This document shows, in pieces, positions 1 through 13,760 of a stretch of DNA of 64,000 bases. A program made the position numbers and the translations under genes. The notes under the pieces are model-generated. The model did no database searches, was not told the DNA's origin, and was given only the letters and a program-made list of their open reading frames with translations. Position 1 is the stretch's first letter. Each line of letters opens with the position of its first letter. The stretch comes from Oopsacas minuta (taxonomy: Eukaryota; Animalia; Porifera), in contig JAKMXF010000326.1 in assembly GCA_024704765.1 (NCBI GenBank), positions 62,001 through 126,000 of the forward strand. Direction: 5' to 3'.

Positions 1-1185
1 GTTCTGGTAACTTTTCCATCCCAGTGGGATAGAATTCTTTGGGGTGCCTTTTCCCACTGATTATTTAATACTCCAGCCATTTGAAATCATCAAATCTCTT
101 CCTTCGAAGAGATTTCTTCATCTTTCCAAACAGCCAGTAGTCGCTGGGAGCCAGATCTGGACTATACGGGGATGAGGGAGACATTCAAATCCTAAGTCGT
201 CAATTGCAGCCATTGTCTTGGGGCTTACATGGGGCCTTGCGTTGTCATGTTGCAGCAATACGCCATGTGTCAACTTGCCTCGCCTCTCACGTTTAATCGC
301 TTGACGCAATTCTTTCAATTCGTCAACGTAATAATCACTGTTTATGGTTGTCTTCTCAGACAACCAGTCGAGGTGCATAATTCTTTCCCTATCCCCAAAT
401 ACTGTTGCCATTCTCTTCCCTGCTGATTTTGCGGACTTTACCTTGATGGGTACACGTTCATGACGTCTCTTCCACTACTTCGATTGAGTTTTGCTCACTG
501 GTCCGTAATAATGAAACCAAGTTTCATACCCCGTTACTATACGATCCAAAAGTCTTCCTCTGCCTTGTATCTTGAAAGTAATTCTTTGCTAACTCTGACC
601 TTTGCGCGTTTTCTTCTTTTGAAAGAAGTTTTTGGGACCCAACGAGCAGTTACCTTCGACATTTCCAGATCTTCAGTGATAATCGTGTGTAGTGTAGCTT
701 TTGATATACCTACCTTCTCTTCTAACTCTCGCAGGCTTATCCGTCTGTCCTCGTCCAAAATTGTTTGGACCCTCTCGATATTTTGCGGGTTTTTTGAGGA
801 AGTCGGACGACCTGGACGAGGGTCATCGTAGAGTTCCTCATCGCCATTATCAAAACGTTCGATTCATCTATTTATGGGTGCTTTCGAAGGACATTCATCA
901 CCGAAAATATCCTGCATTTCACGAAGAATGCATGAGCCAGTCTTCCCCTTTTCCACAGGTACCAAATTATTTGCCGTTTTTCCTTCTTTGCTTTTGTCCA
1001 TTAGTTGAAAAAGTAGTCTATACAAATCAAACTTTATACTGAAGAATATGCTAGTAGGGTAAAGAGTATATTGTATCGAAGTTAGACAACCAGGTAAGGC
1101 TTGTAATCTGATATTAGGCTTAGAGCTGTATTAACAAGAATGTGAATTCGATACATTAGCCTCATTACTTATAGAACAACACTTG
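1..1185 (-). mobile_element. mariner (DD34D-type) transposon, disrupted transposase; 3' end lies beyond the window start
   Basis: ORFs 537-758 and 118-411 give ISLRELEEKVGISKATLHTIITEDL, KVTARWVP, HDNARPH and a frameshifted PHPPYSPDL. The 5' TIR-like end ctcattacttatagaacaacacttg is followed by TA at 1186-87. Confidence 0.9.
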
Positions 1186-1214
1186 TAACTTATAGATTAA
1201 AAATTTAGTAAATG

Positions 1215-1900
1215 ATCTCTCTTCCAGCTTGGTGAGATCACACCTTTATACCTTCTTCATTGAGTTAGTGTAGTTAGCTAGAAATTCTGGACCAAATGTT
1301 TACCATTCGGCCTCAATCAATATTTTTCCATTATGTCTTTAGGAGCCTTATATTGTAATCACTTTTTGAGTACAGCCCAAGGTTCTCAATAAGTTTGAGA
1401 TCCAGACTATTAGCTGACCAATCTATGGTGTAAATAACGATCGATTTTCGAAGATTCTGATACCTTTGATTAGTGGATACTAGAGTTGCCTTCTAACCTG
1501 CTATAATATATTTTACAGCATCTAATAATTTTAGTTTTCCTATTACAGATAGGCAAACAGTAAGTGCTTTGGCATAAGTATTACAAATATACTGATAACA
1601 TTTTTGGCTATGTTAGTTGATATAATTCACGCTAAATGTATCCATATTTCCCAATCATAAATTTTTAGCAACATCTAGTTAATTGAATAGATAATGACCT
1701 AAATAAATTTTCATATTGTTTCAACCACAAATATCAATTGCTATTGAGTAATTCTGATGCCATCTTTGAATCCACTTGTGAGGCACCCTGAGATCAATTC
1801 TTACCAAGCATAAGTACTAAAGTGGCTGCGTTAGCGAGTTACAAAGATCATAATTTTTATGCCACGACCACATTAGGTCGCCACAGTTGCTCCATATTTG
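1215..1900 (-). mobile_element. Highly decayed Tc1-like transposase remnant
   Basis: Manual minus-strand translation near 1370-1430 gives IDWSANSLDLKLIENL, matching the Tc1 WP.NSPDLNPIENL motif. Boundaries are approximate. Confidence 0.55.
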
Positions 1901-1986
1901 AAAACTAAATTCGCTTGCTACTTTTTATGTTCCATATACGGTAGTCATTCACCATATCGAATTTGAATTGTATCCAAAATGTATTA

Positions 1987-3295
1987 CAGAGTGTCTAATA
2001 AGTTCTGTTATATATCAATTCCCCAATTATTTCAAATTTATCCATTGCAAAGCCATGAAACCTTCTATTTTCGTAGGACTTATGTTCCTAATTACACATT
2101 GCAAATATCATACAATATAGCCTCCCTTTTTATGAATTACGAAAGTTAGTCTGGCCCGAAACTGATGGATAGCTTTTCGCAACTCCTCCTGTGGGATTTT
2201 CTGCCATTCACTCAACAAACTAACTTTGTGGGACTCCAAACTCTTGTGAGATTTCGCACAGGCCCTGCTCTCCAAGTTTGCCCAAACAGAATAGTCGAGT
2301 GGGTTTAAATCTGGGCTTGATGGTGGCCATTCATCCTTTACTTATGAAATCGATATTTTGCTCACGGAACCAACTCTGGGATACTTTTGAAGCATGTGCA
2401 GGCGCAGAGTCTTGTTGGTAAGTCCAAGGATGGTTTTGAAAGAGCTTCTCACCAGCAGACGCAATTTCAGGCTCCCAGACCAGCTCTCTGTACGTCTGGG
2501 AGTTTATTTTCACTCCTTGGGGGACAACAATCAGGCTTGTCCATGAGTCTGCCGACACTCCCGCCTATACCATCAGAGAAAGAGGCTTCTGGACTCTATC
2601 ATGTACTTGATGCTATCTGGGATATCCTGACTTTGAGAAGCAAATACAAGGTCGTTTTGACGATTGCTTGCCTCCTCAACCGCGAACGGCTTTTCATCTG
2701 AGAAGAGAATCTAATCTTCAGTCCCAGGAGCGAATCGGGCTATTAGTTGTATGCATCTTCCGATTCGCTTACGACGTATGGATTCGTTAAGATGGTGTAC
2801 GTTTTTCATCTTATAGGACTTCATTCCTAGGTCCTCTACAACCAATTTCGTCATCGTTTCGTGATTGACACAGAATTCACGGGACATTTTCGCATTGAAC
2901 GCCGGGGATTTCTCAGGATTCGACATCCAACACTATTCTTCAGGGCTGGTGTGCGAGCGGATCTTGGATGACCAACTCGTTTCCTGTCAGACACGCTGCC
3001 AGTCTCTATATATCGTTTTATTGTGCGATAGATCAACATGGGATCGACTTTATCATTTTTTAGCCTTTTTAGAATTTCACTGTTACTAAACCCAGATTCG
3101 TGGAAAGTGACAATTTCTGAACGAGTTTCTTCTAACATGATTTTCTGGGAAATCATCACTTGAATGATATATACTTGGTATAATTTGAAAGAGCGCCAAA
3201 ATGCTACAAGAAAATCTAGAAGATTACTTCGTAAGTATATGAATAGCTACTTTCTAAGATGCGAAAATGTATAACAGAACTTATTAGATATCCCG
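1987..3295 (-). mobile_element. maT (DD37D) Tc1/mariner element, full length, frameshifted (family A copy 1)
   Basis: TIRs cagagtgtctaataagttctgttata / tataacagaacttattagatatcccg, flanked by TA. ORF pieces 2851-3159, 2711-2926 and 2331-2558 give a paired-like HTH, GHPRS and YQQDSAPAH. Near-identical to 27224-28534. Confidence 0.93.
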
Positions 3296-3831
3296 TAGTG
3301 ATACGGTGTTTTAATTTTGAATTTGTCTGGATATTGTACTTTTGTCCGATTTCTACCCAATTTGATGAACAATCAAGTTGGATCATTGCTGGAGATGTGA
3401 AATATTGGAATTGCGTAGTTCGGGGGTTGTTTTATGTTGGTGAATACAACAATTTGATAATCAATCTTGTTCAGTTTAGAAGATATTAGTGAAAATGGCT
3501 TCAATCGATGATATGTATCATACCAGCGCCGAAAACAACAATTTTCGCTAATTTCTCCTGAACAATATAAGATTGGTTATCGAAAATGTTACCCACCGAC
3601 ATGCACTCACCACCAAACTACTCAATTCCATGTTTTCAGATATCTAGACATGATCGAACTACAGTTTTCTTCAAATTGGACGAAAAGCGGTAAAATGGAC
3701 TAAAAATCAGCAGAATTACAAAAATATATAGTGATACTACAGAATCTTCATGGATTACATCTAAAATTATACATGACGAATCAATAAAGTATAGATAATG
3801 TAATATGTAGTAAGCGACGTTTGATTTAGAC

Positions 3832-4365
3832 CAGTGTTTCTCAACCCTTTCTGTCAGTCGCCCCCTTCGATGATCGTGCTATCCCTCACCTCCCACTTCT
3901 CCCATCGCGTTTGTATATTATTATTATTATTATAATATACTATCAAATACATTTCATCATATCACCAAATACTAATACATAATGTATATATTTGTTATAT
4001 GTATAAGCTTAATGTGAAGGTGAAAATTTTTCTGATCGGGACTGAATTTGGACAAGAAGAGTGAAAGTCACTCCGTTGGTTATCTGCAGACTCTAGCCTA
4101 TTCCTCTTTTTGTGAGAAGTCCAACAACGGCTGAGAAACCCTTCCCCACGAGGTACGATGTTGGAAATGACAATATCATCATTTTCTCGCTGGCCAATAG
4201 AGCAGGGTATTGATCAGCCATTATATGGATGTTTTTTCAATTACAATTATAATTACATAACTATTTCACTCAGATATTTCAGCTGCAACCTGTGCAGAAT
4301 GAAATCATCGTTCGTTGCCCCCTATCGGCCCCTGACCGTTTTATCACCCACTTTGAGAAACACTG
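3832..4365. mobile_element. Non-autonomous hAT (Buster/Charlie-like) MITE
   Basis: TIRs cagtgtttctcaa / ttgagaaacactg; 8-bp TSD atttagac / gtttagac (1 mismatch, central TA). Confidence 0.85.
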
Positions 4366-6149
4366 GTTTAGACGAATGGGGCAACTGATGCACACTATGT
4401 CAAGTGTAGACATATTGCAATCACAACAGGATAAATTATGAAAAGTATTTTGGGGATCTGTAAAAAGGAGTTATCATTATTATACGCATTCCTGCGAATA
4501 CTATCATTTTTGCAACATTTGTGATTTTCAACGAAGTGGCGCTTACATATTTGATTTGTGCCACTTATGGCACAAGTGGTACAAATTCATAATTTATAAC
4601 TCAGCCACTTTTGTGCCTAACATTTCGAAGAATTCAAACTGGCATAAGAATTGCTCCATCTCAATAAACATTTGTGTTGGATACAAGTTGATAATTAATG
4701 AAGTCATTATGTATTCAATTAGCTAGGTAATGCTAATTGTAGGATGGATAAAAAATTGATACATTTAGCCATAATGAAGTCAACTAACATGATCAAATAG
4801 GTTTATCAAGCATAAAATCTAATACATTCACAAATGCTCTACCTATTGCCTATATCAATTATAGGAAATAATGAGGTTAGGGGAATAACTATGATTGTTT
4901 AGTACATGTGTTAGCAAGATACAGACTTTATTGGAAAGAGCAGGACAAATATTTAGTCCTTTAGAAAAAATAGGTCAGGTTATGTTAGGTGATGTTAAAA
5001 TTTCATCTTCGAAGTGGCTAGATTTCTCTATTGATCATTTCTAATGAAATTTATAGATTCATAGTTGATATCTACACATATTGCAACCAATATTAGTCGA
5101 GTATTCACCAATCATAGTTTAGCCTAAAATGAGCCGTGGATAGTTCCATGGAGTACTGATATAGACAAATGAAATAGTAGCATATCGTTTGGGTCATGGG
5201 GAGTATCATAAAATCCAAAGTGATCCTCAGACTGTCAGAGACCGTACCAAATAGTATAAATAGAATGATTAGACATTATTGTTTATACACAACTTTTCAC
5301 AACTTAAAAACAGTAATTGTATTTGTGAAACAAAATCGCCTACATTTGTTACCAGAGAGAGAACTGATGACCTATTAGCGATCATCAACAAACAGAACAC
5401 ATGCACATCCAACCAAGAGAGCAGCCGAAAAAGCTACCACAAGCTGGGAAATAGGTGAAAAGGAGTAGAATTATATTATCAGAGGTAAAGGTTGGTAAAA
5501 GGGCCACAAACACTATCCCTTCTGTTGACAGAGGGTCACACAAAACCCCGCAACCAGCTAGGTATAGTGAGAGATATTAGTGGTAATAACATATGCACTA
5601 TTACATTAAAACCTGGAATTTGAACAGAAAATATTCACGCAAACAGTTTGACCCGTGTGCCGCTTCTCTCTACACCATGCTGGCGTATCTAGTGAAACAG
5701 TGATTTCTCTCCTTGCACCTGTTCAGTACGAATTCAACTATAGTGGACAGAAATTTGTCAGATTCAATTCTACTGATGCAAAATGGAATAAATGATAGAT
5801 GTCAAGAATTATGGACCATTTGATATGAAATTACAAATGTCTTTAAAGCCTTTCTTGCTCAAATAGATACTCGTGCTGTTGTCGGTAATTAAAGCACATT
5901 TGATGTGAAATTACATATGCCTTACCAGCTCCAACAATTACTCATATGCATCAGAATCTTTTTGCTATAAAAGATTATAATTAAATACCTATGTCTAAAA
6001 TTCAAGGCTCTGAAATAATGAATGTCAACTGAACTTTTTAGGTCCCATGTATATTGCTGCCTGATTCAGTTATCATGTAAAACACATGAATATTTAGGGT
6101 ATTATACATAATAACGGATTTTACATTATAGTAGTGGTATGTATATATA

Positions 6150-6819
6150 CACTCGGGTACATCAGTTGCCTCTTATATTGGAAACGACATTTCACTCAAC
6201 ATTTTTAGGATATTATATTCAAAAGTATTCATAATACACTTTTTCATTGGAATTCAACAAGGATTTATGGGTCCTTAATTTGATTATCCAAAGACATTTT
6301 TTCAATGGGATTTTCCGGTTTTCAGGAAAGGGTTCCGATCAATGTACTTCTTATAGGCCTAGTGTTTTCAACTTAGAATTGGGTAATTTGGGTTTTGTTT
6401 GTATTAGTAATCCTGCCTTTAGGGTAACAAAGTTGTACACATAGGAAATATTTTGGTATTTGACTTTGGGTCGCCTAATAGGAGAAAAATAGCGAGTTCC
6501 ATTTTTTTTTTCCATTATCTGGGAAGGGATAATCTATAAACTATAATCTTTATTAGAAATAGATAAACAACTCCAAATAAACTAAGTATATGGTATATAG
6601 TCTTCAGCCCTATCAGATTTATACTTTTGATAATTTTACAAAGAATACGGGAAAATCCCATTACAAAGCCTGTATTTTGGGATAATTGAATTGCGCAACC
6701 TTAAACTCTTGTTGAATTCCAATGAAATGTACATTATGACTCTTTAGGTTGTAGATAACATAAAACAAAGTGAGCCAAGTGTTGTTTCTAATAGAAATGG
6801 CAACTGATGCACCCCAATG
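6150..6819. mobile_element. Non-autonomous element with long imperfect TIRs and TA flanks (Tc1/mariner-type MITE)
   Basis: Left end cactcgggtacatcagttgcc matches the reverse complement of right end ggcaactgatgcaccccaatg. Further inverted matches: ttcattggaattcaacaag (~6243 vs ~6710) and aatgggattttcc (~6305 vs ~6650). TA on both sides. Confidence 0.75.
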
Positions 6820-8742
6820 TACATAAATGCATATATCATATTAAGCCCGTCATTAATGTATGGATATTATAACCTTTAGGTAAAGAACTGGTCTAATGAC
6901 CGTGTTTTCATCATAAATATTTATGGTTTATATATCTAACAAAATCAGAAGCTGACACAACGTATATGTAAGAAATATATGAAAAGTTTCGAAAATTAGG
7001 AAGTTGGGGAGAGATGATTCCGTAAATACGTGAATAAATATCATTTATAGAGTTTCCATTTCTTGATTCAAGAATGGTTACAAAGTGACAAATTCTTTGA
7101 CTACAGAATCTTCTAAGTCATTAGGATAATAAGTTAATAATTAATGGGTTGAATATTGGATCTCATATAAATAAGTTGAGGAAAAGTTTTCAAGGAAACC
7201 AAACCGACTGCTCACATCTTGATAAGCTTCAATCGAAACATTAATTCAGCTTCCAATTTATCTATTACAACAAAGAATGTGCTATTCAAGAATTTATTCC
7301 GTGAAGAAAAGGATGTATCCTCTGGAAAAATCCCATATATCGGATTTCCAAGTCTTATTCTACTACTCTTGTTATAATCGGCACATGCACTGTTACTTTT
7401 TCTCTCTGTTCAAATATGTCGAATTGTGTTCTCAACGATACTATCAACACAACTAGTCCTTTGAGTAATGCGGTTGCGCTGTATAAATCCGTGCTTGCAC
7501 CTTGTAGGGTAATTGTGGTTTTATGAAAAGGTTCTAGAATTGTTTGCCAAATAAGTGTCAAAAGTGATGTTTCAAGGGTTTGAATCGATTTAGTCAAGTC
7601 TTGTGCTTCTACTTTGGTTCCAGGTTTCTGAGAATCATCATTTGCTAGCGTAACAAGTGCTTCGTAGATTTCTTCATAACACGACATTAATGCCATCTGG
7701 TTTCTGAAAGTGATTTAACAGTTAGTCTTCTTTCATTCCCTTCGGCTAATAAATTGGTTAGAACTTTCCAGCGCTTTGTAGAACTTGAGAAAATACGTAC
7801 ATCTTTTGAACAAATCCAAAAAATGAGGCTGCAGGTATACAACAATCAAGAGCACATTGAGCAAAGAGATTTAATGAATTAGCGCAACAGGGAACATAAA
7901 TTGCGTTTTGCTCTTTTCTTTGATAATAGCTTGAATACATCTATACTCACCAGATATATATGAAGCATTATCATAAGACTGTCCACAACAATCTTCAATG
8001 TTGACACCAATTTTCCTAAGAAATTCAAGAAGAAGATATGCAATCCCGATACCAGGGCGTATCTCTATATCAAAAAATTTCAAAAAACGCATAATTGGAT
8101 CATTCGTGTTAACATATCTATTAAGACTGCTCAATAATTTTTTTCATTTTTTGTTGCATGAGATTCTTCAACTGCTTCTATATAATTTTGGGATGCTGAT
8201 TTCAAATCTGCAATCTGTTTCTTTCTGCATGCTCTAGTTTTCATGCAATCGACAATTTAAATTTTTTCGTTTGTGGTACTTATTTAGTACATAAATTTGA
8301 TCTCCACCAAATATTTTTCTATCTATCAAGCCATTTTTCTCTTTGTATGCATCATCTGGATCCATAGTGGACCTTTGTTAGTCATAGCTGAATGATGAGC
8401 ATGTGATAAATGAGTATTTTGCAGGCCTGATTACTCAACAGGTTTTTAAAGTTAGGGCTATTTGTTTGTGCTTTGTCTATAACATGGTACCAGTGTCTCA
8501 GATAGAAGCTTTCAAGTTGTAGCCGATTGCTGTTAAAGCGCATTTCAAGAAGTTCGCAATGAGTTGTGTTTATCAGCCCAAAGATTCCTGTTGAAAGCCC
8601 CACGTTATCAAGTTTTATCACCATAAGGCATTCCTGTTTTATTCTCCACCTGGGTTAACGCCTGTTGACCATTTCGTTGTACATTCGCAGTTAGTCACTC
8701 CATGAGATACAAGAAATATTACAAAGTTAGAAAACTTGATTG

Positions 8743-9066
8743 CAGGGTTGGAAAAAATCATGATCTTTTTATTTCAATCAAATCTTCTGATTTTTTTGAT
8801 TTAATTCAGATTTTTAATTTAGACACTTTAAATATTATTTGAATGCTGGATTTAATGAAACAAACAAACTGCTAACTACATCATAGTAATGACTTCAATA
8901 GATTGTAGCCGTTACTATGATTTAGAAATGGCTTCAATCTATTGAAAACAAAAGTACCATTCTATTGTTCTCTGACAACATGACACTATTAGCGAAGTGT
9001 CAAAATTTAAATAAATCAAAAATCATCATGTTGATTTTTTGAAGTGATTTGAATCAAACAACCCTG
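8743..9066. mobile_element. hAT-type MITE inserted in the Chapaev element
   Basis: Termini cagggttg / caaccctg; perfect 8-bp TSD cttgattg (8735-8742, 9067-9074); internal gatttaaat/aaatc-type repeats. Confidence 0.88.
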
Positions 9067-9243
9067 CTTGATTGTAGTGAAGTAATGTGGGTAGATGTAG
9101 CAGAATAGGCATTTAAGCTGTATTTTCCGCTCGTCTGCTGGTAGCCTTAATTAGAATGAAGGTTTTGTTATTCAGTTGGTTTGTGTTAAGTTACATAGAC
9201 ATCAACCGACTTTCTTTCGATTCTTAACTCTTCAGATTTGATC

Positions 9244-10962
9244 ATGGCTTCTTCTAGTAGATATAAATACAAATTAACCCTGATTCATTTTGTTACATCT
9301 GTGGTGTGTACACGCTTTCGCGTCAAAGACGAAATATAACATCGTTTGTGAAGCGTACCTACATAACATACTTTGGTATCCCTCTTGGTGATCAAGATAA
9401 GAAATGGTCTCCTCATATTGTGTGCCATAACTGCGAAGAAATGCTCCGAGACTGGACAAAAGGAAAGCAGAAGGGTCTGCCTTTTGCCATTCCAATGGTG
9501 TGGCGTGAACCCCAAGATCACACAACTGACTGCTACTTTTGCATGGTCAATACAAAAGGTGTTGGCAAGAAGAGCCGACAAACGCTTTCTTATCTTAGTA
9601 TACCATCAGCTATACGACCTGTCCCGCACTCTGATAGACTTCCTCCTCCGATTTTTAGTGGTTTTGCTTTTCCTAATGATGAAGAAACTAAATTGGAAAG
9701 GGAAGAGATCGTAGAGATGGAATATCAAAAAACAGACACAGAATCAGAATCTGAAGATTCTTCTTGTGAAACCGGAGTAACTGTCCAGCAGTTTAATCAA
9801 TCAGAACTGAATGACTTAGTACGTGATTTAGATCTGCCCAAGCAAGCAGCTGAGCTCTTAGCCTCCAGGCTCAAAGAAAAACAGGTGCTGGATCAATCTG
9901 TAAAGGTTTCCTTTTTTCGAAAAAGAGAAGAACTCCTTCTGCCTTATTTTTCAGTAGAAAATAAGCTGGTATATTGCAACGATATTCCTGGTCTTCTCGG
10001 ACAACTGGGTATCTCCTCATATGATCCAGGAGAATGGCGATTGTTTTTGGACAGTTCCAAGCGCAGCCTCAAGTGTGTTCTTTTACACAATGGAAATGTT
10101 TATGGAGATGTTCCAGTTGGTCACTCCACTGTCTTGAAGGAACAGCATGATGACATTAGAATTATCATGGATTTACTCGGATATCATGATCACAACTGGA
10201 TCATTTGTGTTGACCTCAAAATGGTTAGTTTTCTGCTATGTCAGCAAAAAGGATACACTAAATTTCCATGTTATCTGTGCATGTGGGACAGCAGAGCACG
10301 TGAAAAACATTGGACACAGAAGGAGTGGTCCTTACGTGAAACATTTCAAGCTGGCATGCCTAACGTAACACATGACCCGATCGTAAGCAGAGACAAAATT
10401 GTTTTTCGGCCCCTGCACATCAAGTTAGGTCTCATGAAACAGTTCGTTAAAGCCCTAAATCCTAACAATGAATCTTTTCATCATCTTGTGTATACTTTCC
10501 CTGCTTTGTCATATGATAAATCAAAGCAGGAGTGTTTGATGGACCACAGATATGTGCACTTATTCGCGACAAAAACTTCATTCAGAAAATGAATGTCAAG
10601 GAGAAAGCTGCATGGCTATCTTTTGTGGATGTTATACAGAACTTTCTTGGTAACAGAAAGGGTCCAAACTATGAAATGCTTGTACCAAGATGCTCTCAGG
10701 GTTTCGTGATTTAGGATGCAACATGAGCATAAAAGTGCATTTTATGTACAGCCACCTGGACAAATTCCCTGAAAACCTTGGGGCTGTCAGTGACGAACAG
10801 GGAGAACGTTTCCACCAGGATCTTATGACAGTGGAAGAACGCTACCAAGGTCGATGGGATCGACATATGTTGGCAGACTATTGTTGGGGCATTAAACGTG
10901 ACTTTCCTCACAAAGTGTACAAACGCAGAGGTTATAAGAGAAAATTTTGTCCAGAGTTGTAG
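9244..10962 (+). pseudogene. Chapaev-type DDE transposase (~570 aa when frameshifts are repaired)
   Basis: ORFs 9306-10592, 10532-10714 and 10690-10962: PDSFCYICG, PHIVCHNC, PMVWREPQDHTTDCYFC, LFLDSSKRSLKCVLLHNGN, ICVDLKM, CYLC, KVHFMYSH, SDEQGERFHQD. Frameshifts near 9270, 10520 and 10690. Confidence 0.85.
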
Positions 10963-13559
10963 AATATTTGAATCTTTTACACCTTGTCATTGATCGCTTT
11001 AAGTTACTATTGTAGATTGCCATCGTTCTTTTCTATGTTAATTGCAAATTTAAAAAATCAAGTTTTACATGCATATTGCCAGCAAAACTATTGTTTTTTT
11101 ACATTCTTTTAAACATTTGTTGCCTATCTGTCTACAAATAGAATTTCTATTGGCAACGTAAAGTTTTTTGGCACCTATTTTTGATTTGAGGCTATTATTC
11201 AACTGTAAGCAGAACCTTATTTGACAAATCATGTCACTTTTTCAAAAGATTTGAATTTTGTACCAAAAAATTAAAAATCTCGATTTGCAAAGAATCTAGA
11301 GCTTGCGGAAAAAACTAAGGTCGGATTCGGATTCAGCGCCCCAAAATTAGGTAAAAACAAGTGTTGGTAAAAATGCAACTAAATTTTTGTTGAGCCTTGT
11401 AATTAGTGTGAGTTGATCTATATTAGAAATATCAGGGGTTGTGTCTACAGAAATAGAAAAGAACTTAACGCATTTAATTCCGAGACAATATTATTCAAAA
11501 CTCTTTGTCCCATCAGCAAAATGAATTCTTCACAAATAGTTGAAGACAGATATGAAGTATTACCCAGCCCTATATATCCAAATTTTTGATATAAAGGTCA
11601 ACAAATTAATCATATTTGGCAATTAATTCCAGTATCCCTAAGTAATTACCATTTTGATGAGAACCAAAATGTCCATTATCCCCACGAAACACCAACCCAC
11701 GTTCTGATAAGAATCGAATTACATCTATAATTCGATATAAAACGTCGTGCCAGTAATTTAACTCATCCCTAAATTGTTTAACTGCATTAGTATCGATTCT
11801 ACCTTCAACATTCTTATGTTGCAGATATTTTACCAAAGGCTGACTATGCATATCACTGTTCTCATACATAGTTAATACCCTATCAGCATGCTTCCAATCT
11901 CAATTACCTTCCTTAGCAAAGGAGGAATGGTTTATATCTGATTCAACAGTTTACAAGTAAAACAAAAGTGGTTACCGCATGAAGGCGAGTATATCAACGA
12001 TTTACGGAGTACCAGCTCCCAACTCTTTAAATGTCTATGGTAGGACATATTTTTCGTATAGCACACATAGAGTCTTCATTGGCATACTTATGTAGTGAAG
12101 CCATAAAGTCATCGTCAATATATTGGCAAATATGTCTACATTATTTTGCCCAATATAACTGCATTGCTTCGGCAACGTGGGACCAATTAGAAGGGTCATC
12201 ACTAAATATAGTTTCTTCATTTGCACTTGAAAAATTAGCTATTGCATCATCATGCTCAATTCGAATTCACCACTAGATTGACTAGATTATTCTTGTTGTG
12301 TCATTGATAAGCTGCTATTAATATTGTGATTGGGAACACATAGAATAGGAGGAACATCCTTTTCAGTACAAGTAGTTACGAGAAAGTTTTCTAACCCTAG
12401 ATTACTCTTTATTGACTAAGACAATGCTTTTCTGATTCATCCTTTTTCCGTCATTTGAAAGCTCTACTTTCGTAGCATCTTTCAGCCATTAAATTGGCTG
12501 TAAAATAAATCATACAAGTTCGAAAATAATATTATAAAAGGTTTATGGATTAAAGATAATGGATAAGGATTTGGGGATAAAATGTTGTTCTAATGAAATT
12601 TCTTTATAATGATTTCGTACTATACGCAAATTTAACGTAATATAAATTAAACAACAGATTATAATACTCCTAATCTATTGGGGGGAGCCTGAATTATCAA
12701 AGAGGCCGTACACTATTCAGTGATCCGATAGTTATTGAGGGGCCCCGAATTTATCGTGGGAGCTCTAAAGTCGAGGGGCCCCAGCCCCAAGGCCCCATGG
12801 TTAATACGGTCCTGTTTGTCAACCTCTGAAAATCCATCCGTGAAAAATGTTAAGATCAGTAGAATTTGGCTAGTTATTAGGTTAAATGGATGGCTTCCAT
12901 AACTTCCATTATAAAACCGTGAAAATTGAGAATGTATGAATTATAGTTAGATCGGGTTCAAATACTTGAATCTCAATTTGGATCGGTGAGGCTTGACAAA
13001 TATGCCGTTGAGACCAATCTTAACATCGGCTTGCCTGGCAAGAGATGGGCAGGCTAATAGTTGACTATTTTTCACACTTTTCTGTGATTAACCACAGACC
13101 ATGGATGATAATTAATATTAAATCAAGATAGCAAATATATAATGTACAGCCGTTTATATGCTTGAAAATTCTTTTTGCTATATCTTGCAAATGTATTGTG
13201 TATTGGTGATTATTACAATATATGGGCTTATCTATGTTGTTGATAATTGATATCATATCATAATGTCAAATCAAATATTTCAAAGGTATGGGAAGTCCGG
13301 AATGCGGTATAAACTCGCTTTCCTGATTTGCAGATAATAGTAACGATTATCAAGTAACAGAGTATATAGAAACTAACTTGACAAAAATTGTTTTAGAATA
13401 AACTCTGAAGCTAGTTTATTTATCGAGATAATATTTATTTTTTATATAGAAACAGATCAATTTTAACATTCTATATAAATATTAAGAATACACATGTTGC
13501 CACATTAATGTATACTAAGCAAACAAAATAGGTTGACATTTCCATAGTGTTCTGTGGGT

Positions 13560-13760
13560 TTTGGAAGGCCATGGTGTTCGTAGTAATTTTTTTATTCCAA
13601 CCATCTTCAAAACGTTCAATCCACAAGTAAATAGTGGATATAGAACTGTAATTGTCACTTCTCGCACTTCACCAGAATTCTCCTTACCCAATTTGCTTTT
13701 CTCCAGAAGAACGACAATGCGCTAATTTCTTTATCTGAATTTTCGGCATAAATAACATTT
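13560..13760 (-). mobile_element. Possible Tc1/mariner N-terminal HTH fragment
   Basis: Manual translation gives STIYLWIERFEDG, resembling the mariner STVY.W..RF..G motif. No catalytic region seen. Confidence 0.35.

Larger units (their letters stand above)
8125..11399 (+). mobile_element. Chapaev3-like (CMC) DNA transposon
   Basis: Degenerate TIRs gactgctcaataattttt / aaatttttgttgagccttg; TAA duplicated at 8122-8124 and 11400-11402. Removing it restores the host hAT frame (LTLINRYV). Family call from recalled Chapaev3 motifs and TWA TSD. Confidence 0.75.
7000..12814 (-). mobile_element. hAT transposon (ZMYM1/TTF-type transposase), split by the Chapaev insertion
   Basis: 5' end caggaccgtattaacc at 12814 with ggggcccc subterminal repeats. 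Motifs IIDVIRFLSERGL.FRGD..NGNYLGILELIAKYD, FSISVDTTPDISNIDQLTL (to 11403), then RYV..RFLKF, GQSYDNAS, YVPCCANSLNL (below 8122). The 3' TIR was not found, so the lower boundary is approximate. Confidence 0.85.

Noticed and set aside
4900-5560. Ginger/KRBA2-like integrase remnant (VGK..TIPSVDRG)
   Set aside because: Only one weak motif; no catalytic core could be read.
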